From NCBI RefSeq assembly GCF_018977255.1, contig NW_024704760.1, forward strand, positions 10,912,001 to 10,976,000: a stretch of DNA of 64,000 bases, written 5' to 3'. Positions 38,936 through 51,209 of the stretch are shown here, one piece after another (positions within the stretch are counted from its first letter, which is position 1; every line of letters starts with the position of its first letter). This stretch comes from Callorhinchus milii. Lineage: Eukaryota. The position numbers were made by a program, and so were the translations under genes. The notes beneath the pieces are model-generated. The model searched no databases and was not told the origin of the DNA. It saw only the letters and a list, made by a program, of their open reading frames with translations.

Positions 38936-40029
38936 AGGGGTGAGGAAGTGGCGCCTCATCGTGCCTTCGAGATGTCTCAAAGCTTCACAGAAGATACCGT
39001 TAAGTGACTTGACTGTATATTTTGTGGAAACGCTGCAGCCAATTGTGCCCGGCAGAGTCCCACAAACAGTCGTGGATTGAATGGACAAATTATTACTATT
39101 TTTGTTGAGGGTGTTATTACCCCCGTCCAATACTCAGTCCCTCAGATTGATTATCCTCCATCATTGTCTTGAGTGGTTAGTGACATTGCGTTACAGCGAG
39201 GAGGTCGACTCTCGCTGCTGCTATTGCTACAGTTTGAGCAGCAGTTAAAAGGAAATAACTTGTGAAGCAGCGTATATAAGAAAGTCGGTACTTTAGAAAA
39301 TAAACTAAGTTATGGCTCGGGGGGGGGGGGGGCGGGGGGGTGAGAGGTGGTTACACAGACTCTGCTACTGCTGTTTGAAACTGTGAAACTGAGTCCAGTG
39401 ATGTTATTGAAGGAGAGGGAGAGTGTGATATTGAAGCCCCCCACAACCACTCCGCTCCACCCCTCCCTATCCCCCACCCCCACTCAACCCCTCCTCCTCA
39501 CAACGCTTGCCCTCACTGCCGCCCTATCTCTCTGTGAATGGGATCAGCCTCACAGCTTCTCTCAGCCCCTCACAGCCTGACCCTGCCCTGCCCCTGTTGT
39601 TTTGGACCCGAGCTGAGTTTGGGATCGGGGAGGGCAGGGGGTGAAGGAAGGTGATTAAAGGCACAGTTGAAGGGTCTTGAAGGAGGCAAGGGAGGGGGTA
39701 AGGCTGAGGGACTGCGGGATGGAGTTCCAGAGGGTGGGGGCAGAGTGGCTGAACACCTGCCCGCTGAGCAAAAGTAGTGAGCAGGATGGTAGGGGGTTAG
39801 GAGGTCACAGAGGTAGGAGGGAGCAGGACCATGGAGGGCTTTGAAGGTGAGGACCAGGATCGTGAACTGTATCCTCTGTGTGATGGGAAGCCAATGGAGT
39901 TAGGGCAAGAATGGGGGTGTCTAGAAGACGTGAAAAGCACTATATCAAATGCAAGGATTATTATTATATGTTTCTATAAGATCTCCCTAATTCTTCTATA
40001 TTCTAAAGCATGTAGGCCTAGTTTACTCA

Positions 40030-40400
40030 ACCTATCCTCGTAGGTCAACCCCCTCATCCCAGGCACTAACCGAGTGAATCACCCACTCGAGGGCAAGTAT
40101 GTCCTTTTTTAAATAAGGAAACCAAAACTGCACACAATACTCTCGGTGCGGTCTCACCAAAGCCCTATACAGTTGCAGTCAGACTTCCCTACTCTTGTAC
40201 TCTAAAGCTTTTGCAATGAACGCTAACATACCGTTCGCCTTCTTAGTTGCTGCTGCACCTGCAAACTAACTTTTTGTGACTGGTGTACAAGGACATCCAA
40301 ATCCCTCTGAACACTAACACTATCTAATCTCTCCCCCTCTAGAAAATAATCTTTTTTTCTATTTTTTCTACCTATATACCCAAAAAGGAGTACATTCTGT
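40030..40400 (-). mobile_element. CR1 fragment
   Basis: ccaaaactgcacacaatactc...ggtctcacc, the reverse of the CR1 C-terminal YCVQFW region. Confidence 0.75.
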
Positions 40401-41029
40401 GAAAGGGGGATAGGTCGGGGCTGAGAGGATTCCTCTTAAAATAACAGCACACAGTATATTCTGTGAAGCGCTTTGAGATGTCTCAAAGACATGATAAGGC
40501 CCTATATCAAATACAAGGATTATTATTTTAATACGACTAATGCAGATAAAAGTCAAAGTGGATTTAATAGGAAATTGAACAGTTACATGATACGATTTAC
40601 ACAAAAGAACATTTAATTAGAGCATTGTCGATTAGTACAGTTTAGACTTAATGTGAATTTTGCTGTATTATATAGTGATAGTGACACAGTATAGTACACA
40701 GTGATACAGTTCAGTATCAGAGGCAGTTATAGCTATCATTGCGTTGACTGAATATTGTCTCCAAATTTACAATCAAGAATAAGATGAAATATACTTATTT
40801 CTCACAAGCTGCAAATAGAGCCCAACATAAAGACAAGCAGTTTAAAAACACAAGGTCAAAGACCCGAAAGGTTGACCCATGTTCTTTTCTCCATAGATGC
40901 TGCCTGACCTGCCCTGAATGTTACCAAGAAGTGTATTGTTTGAAAATCTGTATGAGTCTTTACGCCGCCTGTTTACAGTTGGCACTGTATAGAGTAAAAT
41001 TAAGGAAGACAATTTAAAATGGACGCAAT

Positions 41030-41880
41030 TTAAAATAGAGGATTTTTATTAAGCTTATGCTATGTTTTTATGGCAGATGAGTTTCAATGTGGAAAGAATG
41101 AGGGGCGGCAATATAGGCGGTAATACAATCTTAAGGGGGTAAAAGAACAGAGAGACCTGGGGGGGCAGGTAAATGAATCGTTGAAGGTGACAGGACAGGA
41201 AGATACAGCTGCAAAAAAGTGCATATGGGATACTAGTCTTTATAAATAGGGGCATAGAGTACAAGAGTCAGGAGGTTATGATTAACCCATATAAACACTG
41301 GTTAGGCCTCAGTTAGAATACTGTGCCCAGTTCTGGGCACCGCACTATAGGAAGGATGTTAAGGCATTGGAAAGGGTACAGAGGAGATTTACGAGGATGG
41401 GACCAGGAATGAGGGACCGTGATGATGAGGAAAGGATAGAGAGGTTAGGATTATTCTCATTGGAGCAGAGAAGGTTACGAGGACCTAATAGAGGTCTTCA
41501 AAATCATTAGGTTATTTGATAGGTTAGAAAGGGAGAAACTGTTCCCACTGGTGGGTGTGTCGGTGACTCGAGATCACAGATTCAAAATAGTCTCTAAAAG
41601 AAGCCGAGGGGAGGGGAGAAGAAATTTTTTCACGCAGCGAGTTGTTCGAATCTGGAAGGCATTGCCTGAAAGGGCGGTCGAGGCCGATTCGATAACTACT
41701 TTTAAAAACGCGGTGGACGGTATTTGAGGAGGACGGGTTTGCAGGTTATGGGGAAAGGGCCGGGCAGTGGGGTTGACACTACATTGCTCTTTTCAAAGAG
41801 CCGTCACAGACTCGATGGGCCGAATGGCCTCTTTTTGTGCTGTACAATTCTATGATTCTTTCTGGAAGCGAAACCCAGAA
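41030..41880 (+). mobile_element. CR1 3' fragment
   Basis: gtgcccagttctgggcaccgcactataggaaggatg...gagcagagaaggtt...ttcacgcagcgagttgtt...gatgggccgaatggcct 3'UTR. Confidence 0.88.
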
Positions 41881-41939
41881 ATATTGCTTATGCAGCCCAC
41901 GGGCATGTCTCAAATCAGGCTTGTGAGAGGGGGGAGAGG

Positions 41940-42180
41940 GCAGCCTGGGAGAGGGGAGACTGCGGAGTGGGTGGGTGGCTGTGGGGGGGGCCTGGGAGAA
42001 GGGAGACTGCGGAGGGGGGGGGGCTGGGAGAGGGGAGACTGCGGAGGGGGGGGCCTGGGAGAGGGGAGACTGGGGAGGGGGGGGGTCTGGGAGATGGGAG
42101 ACTGGCAGAGGGGAGACTGGGGAGAGGAGGCTGGGAGAAGGAGGGGTGGTGAGTGGAGGCTGCGGGAGAGGGGGGCTGGG
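41940..42180. repeat. G-rich tandem repeat (gggagaggggagactgcggagggggg)n
   Basis: About 6-7 degenerate copies just 3' of the predicted class I stop codon. Confidence 0.85.
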
Positions 42181-42186
42181 AGAGGG

Positions 42187-42284
42187 TTAGGGTTGCACGG
42201 AACAGGAGCTGGAGGTCGAGGAGTCATCGGGAGAAGTCATCAACTTGTCAAATTCCTGCAACGGAGGGAGACTTTCCTGAGAAC
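42187..42284 (-). CDS. MHC class I gene, probable last cytoplasmic exon
   Basis: Long pyrimidine tract and cacacag|GTTCTC; in phase 1 it reads SQESLPPLQEFDKLMTSPDDSSTSSSCSVQP*. Phase is assumed from class I convention. Confidence 0.6.
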
Positions 42285-43074
42285 CTGTGTGGGAGAGAGG
42301 GAGAGAACATGTGAGAGAGATAGAGGGTGTGTGTGTGTGTGCGTAAGTGTGAGAGAGAGTGACAGTGAGAGAGGGAATGAGAATGAGTGTGAAAGAGAGT
42401 GAGAGTGAATGAGTGTGAGCGTGAGAGAACATGGTTGAGAGTGTGAGTGCATGAGAGAGTGAGGACGTGCAAGAGTAAGAGGGAAGAGTAAGCGAGTGTG
42501 TGCGAGAGAGACAGAGAGCGTGTGAGTGTGAGAGATAGTGAGACAACCGAGAGCGTCAGTTATCAAATTATTTTGATGAGCCTAATCTCCCGCTTCCTTT
42601 CTGATGTTTGACTCCATCAACGTGTCCTATTGCTGAGCTCAGGCCAACGGCTCTATCGTTGTCAGGATTTGTTTTGACGCCTCTCTTGACTCTGGCTGTT
42701 TCCTGCCCGCGGAAACCTCCTGGTCCTGACCCACTGACTGACTCCCCGATGACTGGCAGCTCTGCACAGATCTCCTGCCATGTCTCCCTCAGCCCCTGGG
42801 CCACTGGGCAATGCCGAGGGCAATCGTTTAACACCCAGAGTCTCAGCCTCACTCAGGTTAAAATCCTGGGGCTCAAACAATGTTTGCCGCTGTCGGGAGC
42901 AGATATTTAATGTCCTCCCTGGTAAAAGCCCTCCAGGCAGCAGTTATAATATTCCTTGCATTTGATATAGCACCTTATCACATTTTTTGAGACATCTCTC
43001 AATTCACTGCTGCTGTATTTCACCCACAAAATATAGTCAATTCACTTGACAGTATATTTTGTGAGGAAGAGTAT

Positions 43075-43480
43075 ATTAGTGTACTGGCTAGAGCACTCGC
43101 CTCGCAAGCGAGAGGACACCAGTTCGATTCCTGGGCAGGGCAAAATGTTCGGCAAGTATCCTTACTCCACACGCCTCAAATTCAAGGATTATTATTATTA
43201 TATGAGCGATTATTACACAATTATTATTATTTTGTGGGCGAAACGTGGCAACCGATTGCACACGGCAGTGTCCCACAAACAGCCATGGATTGAGCGACCA
43301 AATTATTATTTATAATCTTCTTGAAGGGATTATTACCCCCAGAAAGTGATCCGCCAAACGGCTGACACCCTAATCACCGCCGGGTCAAAAGAGGCGCGTG
43401 GAGTAAGGAAACCTGCCTAACGTTTCGCTCTGCCCGGGATTCGAACCCGGGTCTTCTCGCTTGCGAGGCGAGCGCTCTCC
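43075..43480. mobile_element. Two family A SINE copies in inverted (tail-to-tail) orientation
   Basis: Plus head at about 43085-43170, minus head at about 43390-43475. Confidence 0.8.
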
Positions 43481-43669
43481 ACACTCAGCTTCGTGGTTAG
43501 AGCACTCTAATGTGTTGCTATCTCCTGTTTATTCTCTTTCTCAGCCCCACGTGAATCGCTGAGGGTTTAAAACCTTCCCTCTCACCCACTCACACACAGA
43601 CACACATACACTATCACGTACTCCTTCTCTCACACTCTTTCCCCTCTCATATTCTCCCTCATACACACA

Positions 43670-44095
43670 CTGCCGCACTCACTCACTCACTCACTCACTC
43701 ACTCACTCACTCACTCACTGCCGCACTCACTCACTCACTGCCGCACTCACTCACTCACTGCCGCACTCACTCACTCACTGTCTCACTCACTGTCTCACTC
43801 ACTNNNNNNNNNNNNNNNNNNNNNNNNNNNNNNNNNNNNNNNNNNNNNNNNNNNNNNNNNNNNNNNNNNNNNNNNNNNNNNNNNNNNNNNNNNNNNNNNN
43901 NNNNNNNNNNNNNNNNNNNNNNNNNNNNNNNNNNNNNNNNNNNNNNNNNNNNNNNNNNNNNNNNNNNNNNNNNNNNNNNNNNNNNNNNNNNNNNNNNNNN
44001 NNNNNNNNNNNNNNTCACTCACTCACTCATTGCCGCACTCACTCACTCACTGTCTCACTGCCGCACTCACTCACTCACTCACTCACTCACACCCT
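43670..44095. repeat. (ACTC)n tetranucleotide array with tgccgc interruptions, spanning an N-gap
   Basis: Direct reading; N-run 43804-44014. Confidence 0.9.
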
Positions 44096-44126
44096 CTCTG
44101 ACACATTCCCTCTCTCACAAACTCAC

Positions 44127-44156
44127 TTCCTGATGATGAACTGCTTTGTTCCGAAC
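44127..44156 (-). CDS. MHC class I gene, probable 30-nt cytoplasmic exon
   Basis: ttattttctttcag|GTTCGG...CAGGAA|gtgagt, strong sites and length divisible by 3; phase 1 gives SEQSSSSSG. Confidence 0.7.
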
Positions 44157-44592
44157 CTGAAAGAAAATAAACGGACAGTGTGAGTGACGCAGTGACACGC
44201 AATGTGTGTGCGTGTGAGCGCGTGTGAGCGCGTGGGCTGTGTCTGTGCGCTCGCTGTTAGTGTGTGTTTTTGAGTGCGTGTGGGTGGGGGTGTCCGTGTG
44301 TGTGTGCAGGTGGCACTCTTATGTGTGTTGGGGAGTGTGTTTGTGTGGGGGGAGAGGGTGTCTGTGGGAGNNNNNNNNNNNNNNNNNNNNNNNNNNNNNN
44401 NNNNNNNNNNNNNNNNNNNNNNNNNNNNNNNNNNNNNNNNNNNNNNNNNNNNNNNNNNNNNNNNNNNNNNNNNNNNNNNNNNNNNNNNNNNNNNNNNNNN
44501 NNNNNNNNNNNNNNNNNNNNNNNNNNNNNNNNNNNNNNNNNNNNNNNNNNNNNNNNNNNNNNNNNNNNNNNNNNNNNNNNNNNNNNNNNNNN

Positions 44593-44728
44593 TTGCAGCT
44601 CAGAGAGCGAAGTCTGTATCTCTTTCTCCATATAAACACAATGAGAGCGACAATGCTGATGACGAGTAGTAAAACCCCACAAACACACAGAGCCGCGATC
44701 TTTCCGGGTGTCCAGAGCACTGCGTCCC
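44593..44728 (-). CDS. MHC class I gene, connecting peptide/transmembrane exon (3' end hidden in N-gap)
   Basis: gtgacag|GGGAC; [44 protein letters not shown]: 24-residue hydrophobic helix followed by basic stop-transfer residues, in frame with alpha3. Confidence 0.85.
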
Positions 44729-44769
44729 CTGTCACCAAACACAGCAACAGCCCTGACACAGAGCCTACA

Positions 44770-47700
44770 GCCCCCCACAGCGACTGCCCCCCCACACACA
44801 GCGACTGCCCCCCCACACACACACACAGCGACTGCCCCACACACACAGCGACTGCCCCACACACACAGCGACTGCCCCACACACACACACACAGCGACTG
44901 CCCCACACACACACAGCGACTGCCCCACACACACACACACAGCGACTGCCCCCACACACACACAGCGACTGCCCCACACACACACACACAGCGACTGCCC
45001 CCACACACACACGCAGCGACTGCCCCCCACACACACACACAGCGACTGCCCCACACACACACAGCGACTGCCCCACACACACACACACACACAGCGACTG
45101 CCCCCCACACACACCACACAGCGACTGCCCCCACACACACAGCACTGCCCCCCACACACACACACAGCACTGCCCCCACACACACAGCGACTGCCCCCCA
45201 CCACCGACACACACACACCACAGCGACTGCCCCACACACACACAGCGCCCCACACACACACACACAGCGACTGCCCCCACACACACACAGCGACTGCCCC
45301 ACACACACAGCGACTGCCCCCACACACACACACAGCGACTGCCCCACACACACAGCGACTGCCCCCCCACACACACACACAGCGACTGCCCCACACACAC
45401 ACACAGCGACTGCCCCACACACACACAGCGACTGCCCCACACACACACAGCGACTGCCCCACACACACACAGCGACTGCCCCACACACACACAGCGACTG
45501 CCCCACACACACACACACACACAGCGACTGACACACACACACAGCGACTGACACACACACACACAGCGACTGACACACACACAGCGACTGACACACACAC
45601 ACACACAGCGACTGACACACACACACACACACACAGCGACTGACACACACACACACACACAGCGACTGACACACACACACAGCGACTGACACACACACAC
45701 ACACACAGCGACTGCCCCCCCACACACACACAGCGACTGCCCCACACACACACAGCGACTGCCCCACACACACACACACAGCGACTGCCCCCACACCACA
45801 CACAGCGACTGCCCCACAACACCACAGCGACTGCCCCACACACACACCAGCGACTGCCCCCACACACACAGCACTGCCCCCCCACACACACACACAGCGA
45901 CTGCCCCCACACACACACACACAGCGACTGCCCCACACACACACCACACAGCGACTGCCCCACACACACACACCACACACCACACACACAGCGACTGCCC
46001 CCACACACACACACACACACAGCGACTGCCCCACACACACACACAGCGACTGCCCCACACACACACACACAGCGACTGCCCCACACACACACACACACAG
46101 CGACTGCCCCACACACACACACAGCGACTGCCCCCCACACACACAGCGACTGCCCCCACACACACACACACACAGCGACTGCCCCCACACACACACACAG
46201 CGACTGCCCCACACACACAGCGACTGCCCCACACACACAGCGACTGCCCCACACACACACACACAGCGACTGCCCCACACACACAGCGACTGCCCCACAA
46301 CACACAGCGACTGCCCCCACACACACACACAGCACTGCCCCACACACACAGCGACTGCCCCCACACACACACACACACAGCGACTGCCCCACACACACAC
46401 AGCGACTGCCCCCACACACACACACAGCGACTGCCCCACACACACACACACAGCGACTGCCCCACACACACACAGCGACTGCCCCACACACACAGCGACT
46501 GGCCCACACACACAGCGACTGCCCCCACACACACACAGCGACTGCCCCACACACACAGCGACTGCCCCCACACACACACACACACACAGCGACTGCCCCC
46601 ACACACACACACACACACAGCGACTGCCCACACACACACACACACAGCGACTGCCCCACACACACAGCGACTGCCCCACACACACACACACACAGCGACT
46701 GCCCCACACACACACACACACAGCGACTGCCCCCACACACACACACACAGCGACTGCCCCACACACACACAGCGACTGCCCCCACCACACACACAGCGAC
46801 TGCCCCACACACATACACACAGCGACTGCCCCACACACACAGCGACTGCCCCACACACACAGCGACTGCCCCCACACACACACACACAGCGACTGCCCCC
46901 ACACACACACAGCGACTGCCCCCACACACACACACACAGCGACTGCCCCACACACACACAGCGACTGCCCCACACACACAGCGACTGCCCCACACACACA
47001 CACACACACACACAGCGACTGCCCCACACACACAGCGACTGCCCCACACACACAGCGACTGCCCCACACACACAGCGACTGCCCCACACACACACACACA
47101 CAGCGACTGCCCCCACACACACACACACAGCGACTGCCCCACACACACAGCGACTGCCCCCACACACACACACACACAGCGACTGCCCCACACACACACA
47201 CACACAGCGACTACCCCCCCACACACACACACAGCGACTGCCCCACACACACAGCGACTGCCCCACACACACACAGCGACTGCCCCACACACACACAGCG
47301 ACTGCCCCCACACACACACACAGCGACTGCCCCACACACACACACACACAGCGACTGCCCCACACACACAGCGACTGCCCCCACACACACACACAGCGAC
47401 TGCCCCACACACACAGCGACTGCCCCCACACACAGACACACAGCGACTGCCCCACACACACACACAGCGACTGCCCCACACACACACAGCGACTGCCCCC
47501 ACACACACAGCGACTGCCCCACACACACAGCGACTGCCCCACACACACACACACAGCGACTGCCCCACACACACAGCGACTGCCCCACACACACACAGCG
47601 ACTGCCCCCACACACACACAGCGACTGCCTCCACACACACACAGCGACTGCCCCCACACACACAGCGACTGCCCCCACACACACACACACACACAGCGAC

Positions 47701-47770
47701 TGCCCCCACACACACACAGCGACTTCCCCCCCACACACACAGCGACTGTCCCCCCCACACACACAGCGAC
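44770..47770. repeat. About 3-kb satellite, unit cagcgactgcccc + (ca)n of variable length
   Basis: On the order of 100 units; a sub-block at about 45520-45710 uses the variant cagcgactga. Confidence 0.97.
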
Positions 47771-48225
47771 TGCCCCCCACAAAAACACCCACACACTCCC
47801 CCCAACAAACACACCCACACACTCCCCCCCAAATACACCCACAGACACTCCCACCCCACGTGCACACTTCCCCTCCCATACACCCCCACCCAAACACACA
47901 TACTCCCCCCAAACACACACACACCCCAAACACACACACCCCCCCCAAACACACACACTCCCCCCATACACACACACCCCCCGCAAACACACACACCCCC
48001 CCAAACACACACACCCCCCCAAACACACACACTCCCCCATACACACACACCCCCCGCAAACACACACCCCCCCCCCGCAAACACACACACTCCCCCCATA
48101 CACACTCACCCCTCCCACCACACACACGCACACTTCCCTCCCCACACACCCCCTACACACAGCCCCCACACCGCACACACTCCCCCCACCCACCAACACA
48201 CAGACACTCCCCCTCCACACACAGA
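47770..48225. repeat. C/A-rich degenerate repeat (cccccaaacacacac)n
   Basis: Direct reading. Confidence 0.85.
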
Positions 48226-48236
48226 GTCTCTCTTAC

Positions 48237-48515
48237 TGCAGACCACGGTTTTCCCCTCTGGAAAACTGCTGTGTTGAACGTGGCAGCAGTAGGCGTCCTT
48301 GGAGTGGGGGGGGCTGGTGTCATGGTAGCTGGTGATCTGGTAGGTGCTGTCGTGGTTGGGGATAATGCCGGTGTTGGTGGTCTCGGGCACGTCCTGTCCC
48401 TCGTGGCGCCAAGTCACTCGCACATCCCGCGTGTAAAACCCCGTCACCAGACACACCAGGCGGTGCCCGAGGGAATTCACCATCTTAAGGGCTCTCACTG
48501 TCACCTTGGGCTTCA
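48237..48515 (-). CDS. MHC class I alpha3 (Ig C1-set) exon
   Basis: 279 nt, ctcag|TG AAG...TGC A|gtaag; VKPKVTV...LVCLVTGFYTRDVRVTW...DSTYQ...YCCHVQHSSFPE with C1-set C-W-C and GFY motifs. Confidence 0.95.
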
Positions 48516-48609
48516 CTGAGGGGGGCAAGAGGGCCAAGGTCAGGACAGCTCAGGGAAGGGGCTCGTGTTTAACCTCAGGAGGGGGGAGGTGCTAAGCGGG
48601 GCCTCGTTG

Positions 48610-49150
48610 GAGCCAAATTGGCTCCCAGGTGACCGTATGACAACCCAATATTGGAATCGAGCCAACCCTCGGAGACGGTCTCCAGTCTGGTTCACTGCAC
48701 CATGGGCACTGCTGCTCACCGCACGGCCCGGCTCCTCAGCAGGAACTTGAAGGGTAGACCAGTCACTGGGGGCAGTGAATCCTCCCCCTCACTCCCGTTA
48801 ACCTGAAAGCCAAAGCCCTAATGGGTAGGGTGGTCCCAGCCGGACAAGCAGCGGGAAAGCTGGCCAGACAGTGATACCAACGGCAAGCTCTGTGGTTTTA
48901 GCTGGTTAGACTCCAGCAGTTACCCCAATGCACACTCTGGGGTCCCCCCCAAGCCTTGAGTCTTGACAACCTGCAACTAATACTTTCTGGAATTAGGTAA
49001 ACAGGAAGTGTCCCTCCAGGGAGAGAGAGAGCACGTTCCATTCCAACCTTCTATCTCTAGGATTTTCATGCGATGCATGGAATTCTCAGCTCGGTTTGGA
49101 TACTCTTAAGCAGATGGATTTCACGTGTGTCAGACGCCCGGCTGACCCCC
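48610..49150 (+). mobile_element. Family R element, longest copy (about 540 bp)
   Basis: Contains both the 5' block (ggaatcgagccaaccc) and the 3' end (tcagacgcccggctg). Confidence 0.7.
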
Positions 49151-49545
49151 AAACAAATAGAGGGTGGGTGTGGGGGTGATTATTGGCTGTGCTGTGTGGT
49201 GAATTCAAAATCCTCGTCCTCGCCTTCAGCACCTGTCCAGGGCCTTGGGACATACTCCTGACGCCTGCTCCACCATCAGCGGTTGGGCCTTTAGCCTCTC
49301 TGCCCCCACCCTTTGGAACTCTATCCCACAGTCCCTTCACCTCGCCCTCTTTCTTGCCTCCTTCAAGACACGTCTCAAGACCCTCCTCTTCGACCGGTCA
49401 CCCTCCTACCCTCTACCCTCCACCCTCCCTGCCCTCCATGTTTCCTGATCCCAACCCCCAGCTCGGGACCAAATCCCTGACTGTCCAGCGCCCTGGGACG
49501 TTCTCCAGACATGAAAGCCGCTGTACAAATGTAATTTGTTGTTAC

Positions 49546-49821
49546 CTGTGCTGTCCAGTGCCTCCTGTTGCAGGTGTAGGTATTTGCGTAACCAGTTCAC
49601 ACAGATGCTCTCACTGTACGTCTTCTTGTACAGGTTCTCGGGCCCATTGCGATCCCACTTCTCTTTGGTGAGGCGGGCGATGGGCGAGGACGCCACCCAG
49701 GTCAGGGTCTCCATGTCAAAAGACAGCAGGTCGCGGCCGTTGAAGGCATAACTGCGGAAGCCGCGCACTGAACCATCCTCAAGCAGCTGACAGCCCGACA
49801 TGTACTGGAACACGTTCAGCC
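49546..49821 (-). CDS. MHC class I alpha2 exon
   Basis: 276 nt, gacag|GG CTG...ACA G|gtaac; FQYMSGC...YAFNGRD...TW...LTKEKW...Y...C.NWLRKY with the C101-C164 pair. Confidence 0.96.
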
Positions 49822-49904
49822 CTGTCCCCGGGAACCAGAGATACATAGTGTTACGCAGTGTTATACCGAGCTTTACACCAGCGTTTACTTCACCAGAATG
49901 ATAC

Positions 49905-50450
49905 CAAAGTTAAAAGGTTAAATCACAAGGAAAGTTTGCAAAACTTGTTCTATGTTCCCTTGAGGTTAGAAGGTTGAGGGTTGATCTAATTTAGGTTTGT
50001 AAAATAATAAAGGGATTTGATAGAGTAGATACAGAGAAACTATTTCCTCTGGTCGGGAATCCAGAACAAGGGGCGTCATCTTAAAATTAGAGACAGGACA
50101 TTTAGGAGTGAAATCAGGAGCAGTTTCTCACCCAAAGGGCAGTGGAAATCTGGAACTCTCTCCCGCAAAAGGCTGTGGATTATGGTTGGATCCATTCACA
50201 TTTTCAAGATTGAGGTGGTTAGATGTTTGTTAGGTCAGGGGATCAAGGGATATGGGCATAGGCAGGTAATTGGAATTGAGGTACAGATCAGCCATAACCT
50301 TATAGAATGGCAGAACAGGATGAGGGGCTGAATGGCCTACTCCTGTTCCTATGTCATCTGGTAAATCTCCTCTGCACCCTCTCCAAGGCCTTGATATGCT
50401 TCCTGTAATGTGGTGCCCAGAACTGGACACAATACTACAGCTGAGCCCTC
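49905..50450. mobile_element. CR1 3' end (+, to about 50353) followed by a short inverted CR1 piece
   Basis: ttagaaggttgaggggttgatct...ggctgaatggcctactcctgttcctatgt then ctctgcaccctctccaaggcc...gtgcccagaactgg. Confidence 0.8.
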
Positions 50451-50943
50451 ACGTATCACGTCAGGAGGACCTCCCAAAGCCCTTCACAGAAATTGCAACA
50501 CTCCCAGCCCAGAGCTGCATTTGAGCATCAGTCAGACGATGTGATGGCAAGTCCCAGTGCGCTGAGGGGGTGTTGGGGGGGGAATTGTCATTGTCAGAGA
50601 TGCCGTCCTTCAGATGAGCTATAAAACAAGTCTGCCTGTTCCGGTGGATGTCAAAGATCCCGCGGCGTTGTTAGAAAAGGGAAGGGAATTCCTCCCTCCC
50701 AGGGTCCTGGCCAACAATCTCCCAAGTAAAAAATAATTGGTCATTCACTCCATGGCTGTTGGTGGGGCAATTGCTGGGGGGATTTGTGCTGCCCATATGC
50801 ACCTTTCTGACTCCAAGTGAGAGCGCGACCACTGAACCCAACTGACACCCAAACAACAACAATAAATTGCCCTGATGAAGCCCTTGGTGTTGGGGGGGGA
50901 CCCCTCCGAGGGTGAACTGGGGGTGAGGGATGGAGAGACCAAC

Positions 50944-51204
50944 CTGTGTTGATGTTACTGCGTCGCATGGCAATCTTGACGTTGGCCAGGTAGAGTTTCT
51001 GTCTCTCGCTCAGTTTGACAGTCTCGCTCTCCCACTCGTCGGGCTTCAGTGCCTCCCCCATCCAGGGCTGTGTGGGACGGTTGTGGGGCCTCTCGCTGTC
51101 ATAGCGCGTGATCTGTACATCATCCAACATCCCCACGTGGGAGAAGGTGGGCAACGTATTATTGCTATACATCGCCGTGTAGTAATAACGCAGAGAGTGC
51201 GGCT
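50944..51204 (-). CDS. MHC class I alpha1 exon
   Basis: 261 nt, ttacag|AG CCG...ACA G|gttgg; KPHSLRYYYTAM...VGMLDDVQITRYDS...QPWM...W...AMRRSN. Confidence 0.96.
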
Positions 51205-51209
51205 CTGTA

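Noticed and set aside
42568-42880. Minus ORFs of 72-94 aa as an extra class I exon or a separate gene
   Set aside because: I could not find an acceptor/donor pair giving an open phase-1 exon, and no homology was recognised.
44770-47770. CRISPR-like repeat-spacer look (constant 13-mer with variable spacers)
   Set aside because: Spacers are only (CA)n runs, the DNA is vertebrate intron, and no cas genes are present.
44257-48220. Very long ORFs (1282, 1151, 960, 435 aa) rich in V/C/G or H/T/P
   Set aside because: They are translations of a stop-free satellite and N-gaps. Only the short DAVLW...RKRY part is a real exon.
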